From a virus (taxonomy: Duplodnaviria > Caudoviricetes): DNA of 64,000 nt. The stretch is taken from positions 1 to 64,000 of IMG/VR virus record IMGVR_UViG_3300013121_000027. One strand, written 5' to 3'. The notes beneath the pieces were generated by a model. That model was not told the origin of the DNA. It ran no database searches and was given only the letters and a program-made list of their open reading frames with translations. Shown here one piece after another: positions 20,013-29,683 of the stretch. The position numbers and the translations under genes were made by a program. Within the stretch, counting starts at the first letter, position 1. Each line of letters starts with the position of its first letter.

Positions 20013-21386
20013 ATGTCGCACGCAAAAATTTCATGTGTTATTGATTTGTCCTTTGGTGATTCCGGCAAGGGCGCACACGTAGATTATCTCTGTCGTAATG
20101 ACAATGCTCGTCTCGTTGTTCGCTTTAATGGTGGAAACCAAGCAGGTCACAATGTTGTGACTCCAGAAGGCTTGCATCATTGCTTCCATCTCTTTGGCAG
20201 TGGAAGCTTTATTCCTGGAGTAAATACTTATCTTGCTCCTACTGTTCTTGTAAATATTCAGGCGCTTCTAAAAGAAGTTCATGATCTTAACAAATACGTT
20301 ATTGCTCCTCTCCTTCCGAGAATGTTTATTCATGAAGATTGCCCTATCATTACTCCATATCATATTTATATGAATAGGTATATGGAAATTCTTCGTGAAG
20401 ATAGTCCTCATGGTTCTTGTGGGCAGGGGATTGGTGCTTGTGCAGCAGATCTTGAAACACTTCATCCTGCTCTTATTCTTAGGATAAGAGATATTAGGAA
20501 TCCTGAAATCTTGAAGAAGAAGCTTCAAGCTCTTTATGACAGATGTGTCTTTGATTTTCCTCTTCATCTTCTAACTGATGAGCAAGCAAAAAGAATTGGG
20601 ATTTATACCGATTATCTTGAAGAAAACTGGATAAATCAGCTCACAAACTATTATGTAAATTCTTCTTCTCTTCTTCAAATCGTAGATAATACCTTCTTTG
20701 CTAATGCTCTTGAACAATATGAACATATTGTATTTGAAGGAGCACAAGGGGTACTTCTTGATGAGTGGTATGGTTTCCATCCTTATACTACTTGGAGTAG
20801 TACTAATCTTCGCAATGTCCATGCTATATTTGATCAGTATAATTATGCTGGTGAATACCATAATTATGGTCTTCTCCGAGCATATACAACTCGTCATGGT
20901 GCTGGTCCATTTCCAACAGAAGATTCAACATTGCTTGAATTTCTTAACGATGAATACAATCCAACGAATGAATGGCAACAAGACTTTAGGGTAGGACATT
21001 TTGATCCTTCTCTCGTAATCTATGCTATTCGTATGGCAAAAGATCCTGAATCTAAATGGCGCGGAATTGATAGCCTTGTTATTAGTAATGTGGATAGAAT
21101 GTTTGGTCTTCATCCAAAAATTGCATCACATTATCATATAACTTTTGGACAAAAAGATATTAATCATCAAGCAGAAAAAGCTTCTCTCTTAATGCATATG
21201 AATCTTTCTAACTATTCAGGAGTTACTCATGATGTACTGAGCTTCGAAAATATGATGTCTTATATTAAAGATATCATTGATGAAGTTGGTAGATTTGTTT
21301 CTCCCATTGGAGCAGTTTCTATTGTTGGTGTTGGTCCAACTTCAAAAGATAGAATCGTTATTAATACTCCTATTTACAAATCCTGA
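20013..21386 (+). CDS. purA: Adenylosuccinate synthetase-like protein (PurA family)
   Basis: GDSGKG, RFNGGNQAGHNV, GSCGQGIG, FEGAQG, TRHGAGPFP. Confidence 0.85.
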   Translation: MSHAKISCVIDLSFGDSGKGAHVDYLCRNDNARLVVRFNGGNQAGHNVVTPEGLHHCFHLFGSGSFIPGVNTYLAPTVLVNIQALLKEVHDLNKYVIAPLLPRMFIHEDCPIITPYHIYMNRYMEILREDSPHGSCGQGIGACAADLETLHPALILRIRDIRNPEILKKKLQALYDRCVFDFPLHLLTDEQAKRIGIYTDYLEENWINQLTNYYVNSSSLLQIVDNTFFANALEQYEHIVFEGAQGVLLDEWYGFHPYTTWSSTNLRNVHAIFDQYNYAGEYHNYGLLRAYTTRHGAGPFPTEDSTLLEFLNDEYNPTNEWQQDFRVGHFDPSLVIYAIRMAKDPESKWRGIDSLVISNVDRMFGLHPKIASHYHITFGQKDINHQAEKASLLMHMNLSNYSGVTHDVLSFENMMSYIKDIIDEVGRFVSPIGAVSIVGVGPTSKDRIVINTPIYKS

Positions 21387-21401
21387 ATGGAAGGTTAGTT
21401 T

Positions 21402-21833
21402 ATGGCGTTTTCTACTTGGGGAATAATTGCTTATGCAGTTATTGCTATTGCTCTTGTAACTTCAATACATTTCAAAAAGAAAATTACATCTATTGTTTTA
21501 TTCTTTTTGCTTTTTGCTTCTATCATTTTCATTATTCTTTCTCAAGTTCATGAAAATGATACAAAGTCAGATAGAAAATCCAATAAGGAATCTCTTGCGC
21601 GAGATCTTAATGTCTCACATATTAATGATATAACATTAACTGTTCAATGTTTTACTTATGAAAACAATGATTCTGTTATTGTGGAATTTCCAAAAGTAGA
21701 TTTGGATGACGGGACTTCTGATTATATTTATCTTGATGCGGAATCTGGAAAATGGTCTCGCGCGAATCTCAATGATCTAAAATCTTTTGAGATTTTTCAA
21801 TCCTATATTAACTGTAGCTATAATCCTAAATAA
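21402..21833 (+). CDS. Membrane protein
   Basis: Two N-terminal TM helices. Confidence 0.65.
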   Translation: MAFSTWGIIAYAVIAIALVTSIHFKKKITSIVLFFLLFASIIFIILSQVHENDTKSDRKSNKESLARDLNVSHINDITLTVQCFTYENNDSVIVEFPKVDLDDGTSDYIYLDAESGKWSRANLNDLKSFEIFQSYINCSYNPK

Positions 21834-21845
21834 AAGGATATAAAA

Positions 21846-22454
21846 ATGTTTTGGTTTTATTTGAGTATTGTTCTATTTATTGCTTTTGTTGTTATTCAAC
21901 TTATCTTTTGCGTACCTTGGTACTTGAATAAGAATGTACCACTTAAGGATGCAGAAGGTAAAGTTCAAAGAAATGGATGGAATGAAGTTATCTATACCAA
22001 GAAGCCAGTCAATGCTTTGGGTACAAGCTGGACTTTCTTTGGTTTCAGTATGTTTATTTTCTTTGTGGTTTGTGGAGTTTCCACAATAGCCATTTATACC
22101 GATACTTTTGATCTTCGCAAGCAAGAAGCCATGCTTCCTCAAAAGCTTGAACAAAAGCAAAAACTTGTTAAGCTTGTAGATGAACAGCTTTCGGCAGATA
22201 AACTTGCTGCTCTTGTTGATGCTACTACCATGGAAAGTGTTCTTGTCATCCTTGGTAATCCTTCTGGTCCTGCAGCAGCAGTTCTAATTGAACGCGCAAA
22301 TCAAATTGTTCTTCTTAATGTTGAAATCAATGAACTAAAGAATAGTATTACTTCTAAGTCTATTGATATCTGTAATGCTAAGGATAATATGTTTGTGCCA
22401 CGAATTCCATTTGTTGACATCAACTGTAAATATGATTTTCCTGAAGGAATCTGA
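21846..22454 (+). CDS. Membrane protein
   Basis: AAGGA RBS; two TM helices and a coiled coil. Confidence 0.7.
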   Translation: MFWFYLSIVLFIAFVVIQLIFCVPWYLNKNVPLKDAEGKVQRNGWNEVIYTKKPVNALGTSWTFFGFSMFIFFVVCGVSTIAIYTDTFDLRKQEAMLPQKLEQKQKLVKLVDEQLSADKLAALVDATTMESVLVILGNPSGPAAAVLIERANQIVLLNVEINELKNSITSKSIDICNAKDNMFVPRIPFVDINCKYDFPEGI

Positions 22455-22672
22455 TGATTTCTAAAATTGTAAAAGCCGCATTCTTTCTTTTCTCAATTTC
22501 TTTTATAGTTTCTTGTGGCGAAGATGCTTATTATCAAGATCATGATGATAAAGTAAGAGAAAATGCAGAACATGTAAAGTATTGTATTCAATCCGGCGGC
22601 GAACCATTTTATACTTCTAATAAATATGGAGAAGTAGAAGAATGGCTTGGCTGTAAATATCCCAACCCTTAA
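22454..22672 (+). CDS. Small lipoprotein
   Basis: Signal peptide with IVSC lipobox; paralogue at 41293. Confidence 0.65.
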   Translation: MISKIVKAAFFLFSISFIVSCGEDAYYQDHDDKVRENAEHVKYCIQSGGEPFYTSNKYGEVEEWLGCKYPNP

Positions 22673-22681
22673 AGGATTTAA

Positions 22682-22963
22682 ATGAATATTTCTTATATTA
22701 TTGCTTTTGTAATTATTGCCTCATTCATAGTTCTTACTATTTGTGTTTTAAATACTACGACCATCGATAAGCAGACTAAGGCTGGTTGGCTGACTCTTGG
22801 TGGAATTATTACAGTAGCCGCAGTAGCTATTTGTACTGCAGTTGGTGTTGATTTGAATAAGACTAATCTTCGTAGAGAATGCCGCCAGAACCAAATTCTC
22901 ACAATCAATACTAATCTATCAATTGAAGAACAAACTACTCTCTTAAATACGATTTGTAAGTAA
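22682..22963 (+). CDS. Membrane protein
   Basis: Two TM helices. Confidence 0.6.
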   Translation: MNISYIIAFVIIASFIVLTICVLNTTTIDKQTKAGWLTLGGIITVAAVAICTAVGVDLNKTNLRRECRQNQILTINTNLSIEEQTTLLNTICK

Positions 22964-22965
22964 TT

Positions 22966-23556
22966 ATGTTCCCTAATTACGATGACATTACTTCTCGTAT
23001 AACAGAAGATCCTACTTGGTATACCAAGCAGGGAGTTCCAAGATACGGTGAATTTAAGCCAGCTGAATGTAATATTTACGCATACTATTCTTTACTGATG
23101 GAAATTGGTTGTCAAGATTGTGGCAAACGATTTCTTATTGGTCAAGATTACGATGGTATGGATATCGTTAAAGTATTGCTTGATCCAAGTAAAATAGAAC
23201 CGCCAATTTATGATCTAACAAAAGATCTCTGGATATCTATCAGGCATGGAATTTACGCTCCTAACAAACTTGATGAAAATGGAAATCACCAATATAAGAC
23301 TTTAACTCTCAAGGATCTCATAGAGGGTTGGGCTTTTGGTGACCCACCTAATCACGGTTGTGTTGGTGATACCATGGGTTCCATTGAGATTAGGTGCGTT
23401 CAAGCTTGGGATCTTAGATTCGGTCAAGAAACTGAAGATAGAACCGCTGACAACGGTAATACATATAGTGTTATTGTTAAGATGGGAACACCAACAAGAA
23501 TAACTGAACTTGAAGAATTCAAGTTTGAAATTCCAGAATGGTACCGATATGGCTAA
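22966..23556 (+). CDS. Hypothetical protein
   Basis: GVPRY, CQDCG and GDPPNHGC motifs. Confidence 0.7.
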   Translation: MFPNYDDITSRITEDPTWYTKQGVPRYGEFKPAECNIYAYYSLLMEIGCQDCGKRFLIGQDYDGMDIVKVLLDPSKIEPPIYDLTKDLWISIRHGIYAPNKLDENGNHQYKTLTLKDLIEGWAFGDPPNHGCVGDTMGSIEIRCVQAWDLRFGQETEDRTADNGNTYSVIVKMGTPTRITELEEFKFEIPEWYRYG

Positions 23557-23776
23557 AAGTCACATCACAGATGGAACTTCTGATTATGAGAAAAAAATTC
23601 CACCAATTGTAACTGTCCTTAAGTGCAGCAATTGTGGTGGAACTCATATCCATCTTACTTTTAAATACTCATATCAGTATTATGCCTGTGCTGATTGTCC
23701 TGCTACTTGGGATTCGTTAGAATCTAATGGTATACTTCCTGGTGATCCCAACCCCTCTTTTCAATAAGGAATATAA

Positions 23777-24178
23777 ATGACTATTGCAACATTCTTCACT
23801 TGGTGTCTCGTTATTTCAATTCCACTTCTAATTGCTCTTCTGATAATTTCTTCTATTCTGGAGAAACAAAAGAAGAAGCTAAAGCTGAATAAATGGAGTG
23901 ATCTTCCAGCTAACTTGCAAACTCTTGAGGATACTGATTCTATTTTAGTTGTTCTCAACATTGTAGCTTGGATCTTTACTGTCGTTATTGGGCTTGTATG
24001 TCTTTTTGGTTTCGTTGACACAAATCAAAGTCGCAAAGATTGCGGAATTTTCCAAAAAGAAACTGGCTATGAAACCAAATGGGTCAAGAAAGATTCTTTT
24101 ACCAATTGGTGTTATGTCAAGTATGAAGATAAATGGGTTGACGTTGATGACGTAACTCTTATCTTGAATAAGAAGTGA
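23777..24178 (+). CDS. Membrane protein
   Basis: AAGGA RBS; two TM helices. Confidence 0.65.
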   Translation: MTIATFFTWCLVISIPLLIALLIISSILEKQKKKLKLNKWSDLPANLQTLEDTDSILVVLNIVAWIFTVVIGLVCLFGFVDTNQSRKDCGIFQKETGYETKWVKKDSFTNWCYVKYEDKWVDVDDVTLILNKK

Positions 24179-24218
24179 CAAAAAAGATGATGGTTCTGTA
24201 TCTTAAAATATGAACCAC

Positions 24219-24650
24219 TTAATCTCTTTTTCTTCCCATGTAATCTACATTTTTCTCCCTATACTCTTTTCTCCATTGTTTACATAAATTACATCTACAT
24301 TTTTCTTTGTTATACATATGTCCACTTCCATGATTATAATCATCAATTCTATTGTGTCCTCCGCCAAATTCTCCATTTAATTTAGTTTTTAATTCATGAT
24401 GATCTTTACATAGCAATTGACATTTGGTTAATTCTTTTAAATAATCTTTTTTGTTAATCGACCATAGTTTAGATATTGGAAAAGCTTTCGTTTTTGGATT
24501 AATATGATCTATTTCCAATTTCTCTGTCGTTTGACAAATTATACAACAACCTCCTAAAATTTCTATTGATTCTTTTCTTCTTTCATAATATCTTTCTAAG
24601 ATCTTTTTTTTCATATATTCATTATATTGATCTTTATCTTTTAAACTCAT
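24219..24650 (-). CDS. HNH homing endonuclease (paralogue of 16146 and 40291)
   Basis: CIIC..LEIDHINP...KCQLLCKDHH; HG...CRCNLC. Confidence 0.88.
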   Translation of the reverse strand: MSLKDKDQYNEYMKKKILERYYERRKESIEILGGCCIICQTTEKLEIDHINPKTKAFPISKLWSINKKDYLKELTKCQLLCKDHHELKTKLNGEFGGGHNRIDDYNHGSGHMYNKEKCRCNLCKQWRKEYREKNVDYMGRKRD

Positions 24651-24719
24651 TAGTTAATCCTTGTCTTTTAATCCTTACTATGATAGTATCATAATACGTG
24701 TATAAAAGCAAGAAATTAT

Positions 24720-24792
24720 GCGCCTTTAGCTCAGTTGGTAGAGCAGGACACTTTTAATGTCAAGGTCGTGGGTTCGAGCCCCACAGGGCGTA
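24720..24792 (+). tRNA. tRNA-Lys(TTT)
   Basis: gcgcctt/agggcgt acceptor, ctTTTaa loop, canonical D and T arms. Confidence 0.92.
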
Positions 24793-24802
24793 CAAAGTTT
24801 TT

Positions 24803-24838
24803 GCTCTTTTAATTGGGGTTCGAGCCCCACGGAAGGTA
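24803..24838 (+). pseudogene. 3' remnant of a second tRNA-Lys
   Basis: cttttaa loop followed by ggg-ttcgagc-cccac and ggaaggta. Confidence 0.55.
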
Positions 24839-24841
24839 CTT

Positions 24842-26747
24842 ATGATAAAAACAACTTATATCTCTTGTGGTGAAGAAGATAACCAAGCCCTTTATATTGA
24901 TGGTAAATATGTAACTGGGCATTATTATTTAATGCTTGATGGGGCAATTGATATCGTTAAACATCTTGCCCCAGAGGCTGAAATAAAAACATATGAAATG
25001 CCTGAAGAAACTATGGAAGATTTAAATGGCTTTCCTGTTGAACTTCCAAACAATTTCGTTGAGCTTTGGAACTTAGTCGATACTCATCTATTTGAAGACT
25101 AAGGAATTATTACTATGAGTATATATTCTACAAGAGTAATATTAGGCGATGATGATTTTTTTGTAGAAACTGGTCCTGGTATTGTGCTTCAGTATAGCGC
25201 CTCACATATTTATCCAGATACTGAAACTCATGAACAAACTTCCTTAGAAACTGCGCATATTCCTCATTTTTGTATGCCAGGTGGTTATGATCTTGATGAT
25301 GAAGACCATCTGTTATATGCACCATGGATGAGATTATCCCTTGATGGAGTAAATGTCATTTTGGATAAAGAAGCAGTTAAATTATTAAAAGATGATTTGG
25401 AAGAATGGTTAAGTCATTTCCATGGGTAAATATCTTTATACTCCACCTGAAAAAGTTCAGCCAATGATTCATTTTTGCTATCAACCCTCTTTAACTAAAT
25501 CACAAATTGGTACTATCTGGGAATGCAGCTGTGGTCAAAGATGGCGACTTAATCGTGATTTTTTGCTTGTATGTAGCTGGCGAAGAATTTCTAAATGGCG
25601 TTCTAATAGAATATTAAAAAAACATAATGGTTGAATCATGTACTAATTGTAAATTTAGCTGGATTGAAGAAACTGGTTTTGGTTGTTCTCAAATGTATTG
25701 TCGTAGAAATCCACCATCTCCTTTTACTTCTTTTGCTTATCCATATCCCAAAACATATGATGGACAATGGTGTGGCGAATATAAATCTAATGAGCCACCT
25801 CTCTGAGAGATATTTTTTAAAATGAAAATTTATAGCTTTCAACCTGTTATATTATCTGAACCTTTTCAACCCAATAGTTCTCGTGTAGAAATTTCACTTG
25901 GTGATGTAGTAGTATTTACACATTTCATTTCTGAACAAGGACAAAGCGCTCCTACTTGGGAAGAAGAAATGATTGATGAAGCTTTTCGTATTTTTGCTGA
26001 GAAGCTTAAAAAGGCTATAGAAAATGTTTAGAAAATGTAAGCATAAATGGACTATTGTAAATCGTAAATTTACTCCACCAATTCCTAATATTGTAAAACT
26101 TTCAGGTCCAGATAGTGATCAAAAATTTTTTACTCTTTATGGTTTTACTACTATAGAGCAAAAATGTACGATTTGTGGTCAAATCAAGTTTGTTCACTGT
26201 CAAGGCAATCAAACATGAATGACCTTACAAAACTACTTGGACAAAGATGGTGGAGCGCTATTCCTCCTGGTTCTGTTTTAATTACTCCTTATCTTAGTAT
26301 TGAAAATGACAATGTTGCAATTTTTCAATTTAATGATATTATTTTTACAGTGACTTTATGGGAAGATAATATTATTAAAATTGAACAAGGTAATCTTGTC
26401 TATCAGTTAAAGAAAAATGATGATGAGTTATAAATGTCCTAAATCAAAAACTGAAAAATATTTTTGGCATATTTATGAGTTTCTGTTCTTATCCCTTGCC
26501 TTTATATTTTCTGTTCCATATGCTATATACTTGAAGATTAGATATCGTAAAAGTAAAAGGAGAATTGATGAAGGCTAAAGTGATTATTGAAATAGAAGTT
26601 TCTGCTGAGTTTCATAATCAAGCTACTCAAGATATGGTTGATGAATTAACTACTACCTTGTCTACTATTTTATCTGCGCAAAAAAATAATCCTGGATTTA
26701 AATTCTCAAAAGCACGAGTTAGATCTATTCTTAAAAAGAAGAGATAA
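24842..26747 (+). CDS. Run of small hypothetical ORFs (24842-25102, 25115-25429, 25422-25634, 25822-26031, 26024-26218, ~26215-26433, 26565-26747)
   Basis: Tightly packed or overlapping + strand ORFs. Confidence 0.55.
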
Positions 26748-26752
26748 TACAC

Positions 26753-26785
26753 AGGGGTATCGTCTAACGGTTAAGGCACTGAGCT
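26753..26785 (+). pseudogene. 5' half of a split tRNA-Gln
   Basis: AGGGGTATCGTCTAACGGTTAAGGCACTGAGCT; ends at U33. Confidence 0.8.
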
Positions 26786-27434
26786 ATATTAAATTATAAA
26801 GTTTTGCTCTTTTTCTAACTGCATTATCTGATACTCCAAATATTTTTCCTGCTTGTACAAAATTTGTTGTTTTAAGAATTTTTTCTAACTCTTCTTTTGT
26901 AGGATTAAATTTTCTTAAATGAGATCTTCCAATTTTATTTCTTTCTTTTTCTTCTTTATCTTTTAACTTCTTTTCTAAATTTCTTCCTGCATAGCTTTGT
27001 GTTTGTGTATGACAATTAGGACATAGAATTTGTAGATTTTCTATTCTATGATCATTATATATTCCATTAATATGATCTAATTGTAAAGTTAATGGTTTTC
27101 CATTCCATTCTGATCCAATTTTACATTCATTACATTTTTCTTCTAATATATTATTTTGATAAAGTTTTTTCTTTATCAAATCTCTGTTTGTATATAAAGA
27201 ATTTTCTTTAAAAATATCTTCCCATGGAATCATTATATAACCTCTGGCATGGTTTATATTACTTTTTCCTATTTTGGGTTTTAGTCCAAATTCTTTACAT
27301 GCGTTATGAAATGCTTTAAAATTTCCTCCAGCAGATCTTAATCCTAAAAACTTTAAAGCATCTGAGATACTTTCTGTTTTCTCTATAGCTTCTTTGAGTT
27401 CTTCTCTATTTTGTAGTATACTTCTTGTTCTCAT
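26784..27434 (-). CDS. HNH homing endonuclease inserted in tRNA-Gln
   Basis: CNEC...LQLDHINGIYNDHRIENLQILCPNCH; C-terminal HTH-like GVSDNAVRKR. Confidence 0.9.
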   Translation of the reverse strand: MRTRSILQNREELKEAIEKTESISDALKFLGLRSAGGNFKAFHNACKEFGLKPKIGKSNINHARGYIMIPWEDIFKENSLYTNRDLIKKKLYQNNILEEKCNECKIGSEWNGKPLTLQLDHINGIYNDHRIENLQILCPNCHTQTQSYAGRNLEKKLKDKEEKERNKIGRSHLRKFNPTKEELEKILKTTNFVQAGKIFGVSDNAVRKRAKLYNLI

Positions 27435-27445
27435 TATTATTCCTT

Positions 27446-27527
27446 TGGGGAGTAGCCGACATTGGTATAGGCATCAGCCTTTGGAGCTGACGCGAAAGCA
27501 TTGAGGGTTCGATTCCTTCCTCCCCAA
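27446..27527 (+). tRNA. tRNA-Gln(TTG) with a long variable arm
   Basis: tggggag/ctcccca acceptor, tcagc-ctTTGga-gctga, variable region cgcgaaagcatt. Confidence 0.88.
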
Positions 27528-27567
27528 CTGCTACTTCATGTAGTAATTCTATTTATTGGCAAACTAA

Positions 27568-27596
27568 CATTTAGGGTTCGAATCCTTATACCCCTA
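27568..27596 (+). pseudogene. 3' half of the split tRNA-Gln
   Basis: CATT-TAGGG-TTCGAAT-CCTTA-TACCCCT-A; TACCCCT pairs 7/7 with AGGGGTA at 26753. Confidence 0.8.
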
Positions 27597-27598
27597 CT

Positions 27599-28066
27599 AT
27601 GAAATATATATCTTGTCCATTTGGAACTCAATTTCATCCTATCAAATGTGAATTAAAAGATGACACTTTACTTTTAGCTAATTTTGACCTACTTCAAAAG
27701 GCTTGGGGCGCTTTAGGATATTCTCCTTATCCTCATTATTGGTATCAATTTCGTAATGGCTTTGGACTATCTGTTTTTAAGTATAAAAAAGACTTATGGG
27801 AATATGCAGTTTTGGATCATACTGAAAGTATTGCCGGATTTTATCTTCCAGACGTAGCTCACATTTTTAATGGCGCATTAACACCAGGCAATCAACATTT
27901 AGTTCATGCAGTGGTAGAAAAGGGCGTTCATACAATACTTAATGCTCTTCAATCTCATCCTAAAATCTTTGAATTTGATCCTCTTTATGTGGTTTATTCT
28001 TTTTCAGATGATCCAATTCCCCTAAAGCCTGTACAAGCTGATGAGGATAAAATTGATTTGTTTTAA
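27599..28066 (+). CDS. Hypothetical protein
   Basis: FRNGFGLSV pattern. Confidence 0.65.
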   Translation: MKYISCPFGTQFHPIKCELKDDTLLLANFDLLQKAWGALGYSPYPHYWYQFRNGFGLSVFKYKKDLWEYAVLDHTESIAGFYLPDVAHIFNGALTPGNQHLVHAVVEKGVHTILNALQSHPKIFEFDPLYVVYSFSDDPIPLKPVQADEDKIDLF

Positions 28067-28088
28067 AAAAGAGGGGAAATAGTTTTCT

Positions 28089-28451
28089 ATGGTTCAAATT
28101 TATAATCAAAGACATAAAGATGCTCCTTATGGAGCACTTTACGTTGGTCGTCCAACTCAATACGGTAACAAGTTCACTCATCTAAAATCTAAAACTTTAG
28201 CTGAGGTTCAGGTTGCAACAGTTGCCGAATCAATTGAATCTTATTATAAATACATTAGATCTCTTTATCCTCAATTTGATACCCAAGAGGCTCATGACTT
28301 TTTTGCTCCTCTTGTAGACAAAGATCTGATTTGTTGGTGTGCCCCCAAAGGAGGTATTCCTCACCAGCAACGTCCTTTTATTTGTCATGCTCAAATCCTT
28401 GCCTTTATGGCTGAATCCTATAAGATTCTATTTTCACAGAAATCAAAATGA
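28089..28451 (+). CDS. DUF4326 family protein
   Basis: YVGRPTQYGNKF...KDLICWCAP...CHA. Confidence 0.8.
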   Translation: MVQIYNQRHKDAPYGALYVGRPTQYGNKFTHLKSKTLAEVQVATVAESIESYYKYIRSLYPQFDTQEAHDFFAPLVDKDLICWCAPKGGIPHQQRPFICHAQILAFMAESYKILFSQKSK

Positions 28452-28556
28452 AAAAGAACTGTTCTATTAATGGTTGTCAATATCCATTTGGTGTTTGTCA
28501 AGCTGAAGCCGATAATAGCATTGTAAATACTGAAGATCCCGCAATTCTTAAATTTA

Positions 28557-29081
28557 TTGAAATTCGTTGCGCTCAAGCTAAAGAAATGGATAGTGAACGC
28601 GGTGCCTATTACAATTTTAGAAAAGACTGATTTACTTTCTCTTGAAGTTGATATGATAGCTCATGGAGTTAACTGCCAAGGTGTAATGGGTGCTGGAGTA
28701 GCTTTGGCTATTCGTAATAAGTACCCCGATGTATTCAAGTCCTATACCACTTTCATTAGTGCATACCGTAAGATGAAGATTTCACCTCTTGGTATGGCTC
28801 ATTTATGGCAAGATCCACAAACTAAAATCACCATTGCTAATCTCTTTACCCAAGATAAGTATGGACGAGACCCTAAAATCCAATATGCCTCATATGAGGC
28901 TATTCAAACTGCTTTTCATTGGATGTTTCTCTATGCAAAAGCCCGCAAAATGCAGTCAATAGCTATGCCTAAAATTGGTTGCAACTTAGGTAATGCACAA
29001 TGGGATAAGGTTCTTTCTATTCTTACTGAAGAATATGAGAAAAGTAAATGGACTGGCGAATTGAAAGTAGCAGTTTTGTAA
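28557..29081 (+). CDS. Macrodomain (ADP-ribose-processing, Poa1p/TARG1/DarG-like)
   Basis: IAHGVNCQGVMGAGVA...IANLFTQ...MPKIGCNLG; true start is probably a GTG near 28600. Confidence 0.88.
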   Translation: MKFVALKLKKWIVNAVPITILEKTDLLSLEVDMIAHGVNCQGVMGAGVALAIRNKYPDVFKSYTTFISAYRKMKISPLGMAHLWQDPQTKITIANLFTQDKYGRDPKIQYASYEAIQTAFHWMFLYAKARKMQSIAMPKIGCNLGNAQWDKVLSILTEEYEKSKWTGELKVAVL

Positions 29082-29683
29082 TGTCCTTTGTTCAACCTAT
29101 TATAGTACCTAATCGTGGTACTCACGAAAATACAATTAAGGCTGTAGTCTTTGCTGCCTATGCCGCTTTTATGGGTCGCTTTGCAAATCCCCATTACCCT
29201 ATTGAAAATTGGGATAAGTGGCTTGCTGGTTCTTTTACTAAAAGTATCCGACGAGCAGATGAAAAACTTTGGAAGAAAATTCATTTGCTCTCAGGTAAAA
29301 CTATTGTTTCTTTAGATGGTGGTACAGGTCAAGCTATAGCTTTTCCTCCAATGAAAGAATTTCCAAAAGAAATTAAAAAGTGTCAAGTAGCTGATACCGA
29401 CTTTGAACGAACTGGATGGATTCATCCTCCAGCTAATGGATTTGTTCTTGCAATTAATCCTAATGTTCAGATGACTACAGGTAAAACTGCTGCACAGTGT
29501 GCTCATGCATATTTAGGATTTCATCTTTCTTATCCTGATATTCGCTGTTCTTTGCGAATAACTGATGATCCAATAGCTTTTCAGGTTCTTAAGAATTCTC
29601 GAAAAGAAAAGGTAGAAATAAATGATGCTGGATTTACTGAGGTAGATCCTGGTACACTTACTGTAATAGCTGGTATACTCTAA
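29081..29683 (+). CDS. Peptidyl-tRNA hydrolase Pth2-like protein
   Basis: MTTGKTAAQCAHA and DAGFTEVDPGTLT motifs. Confidence 0.85.
   Translation: MSFVQPIIVPNRGTHENTIKAVVFAAYAAFMGRFANPHYPIENWDKWLAGSFTKSIRRADEKLWKKIHLLSGKTIVSLDGGTGQAIAFPPMKEFPKEIKKCQVADTDFERTGWIHPPANGFVLAINPNVQMTTGKTAAQCAHAYLGFHLSYPDIRCSLRITDDPIAFQVLKNSRKEKVEINDAGFTEVDPGTLTVIAGIL

Noticed and set aside
20013-21386. PurZ (2-aminoadenine, Z-genome) assignment
   Set aside because: The motif is GDSGKG with the PurA-type Asp, not the Ser of PurZ, and no DatZ/MazZ partners are visible in the window
26786-27567. Group I intron in tRNA-Gln
   Set aside because: The insert is filled by an antisense ORF and a full tRNA with no room for a ribozyme core, and the 3' anticodon stem would not be restored by splicing
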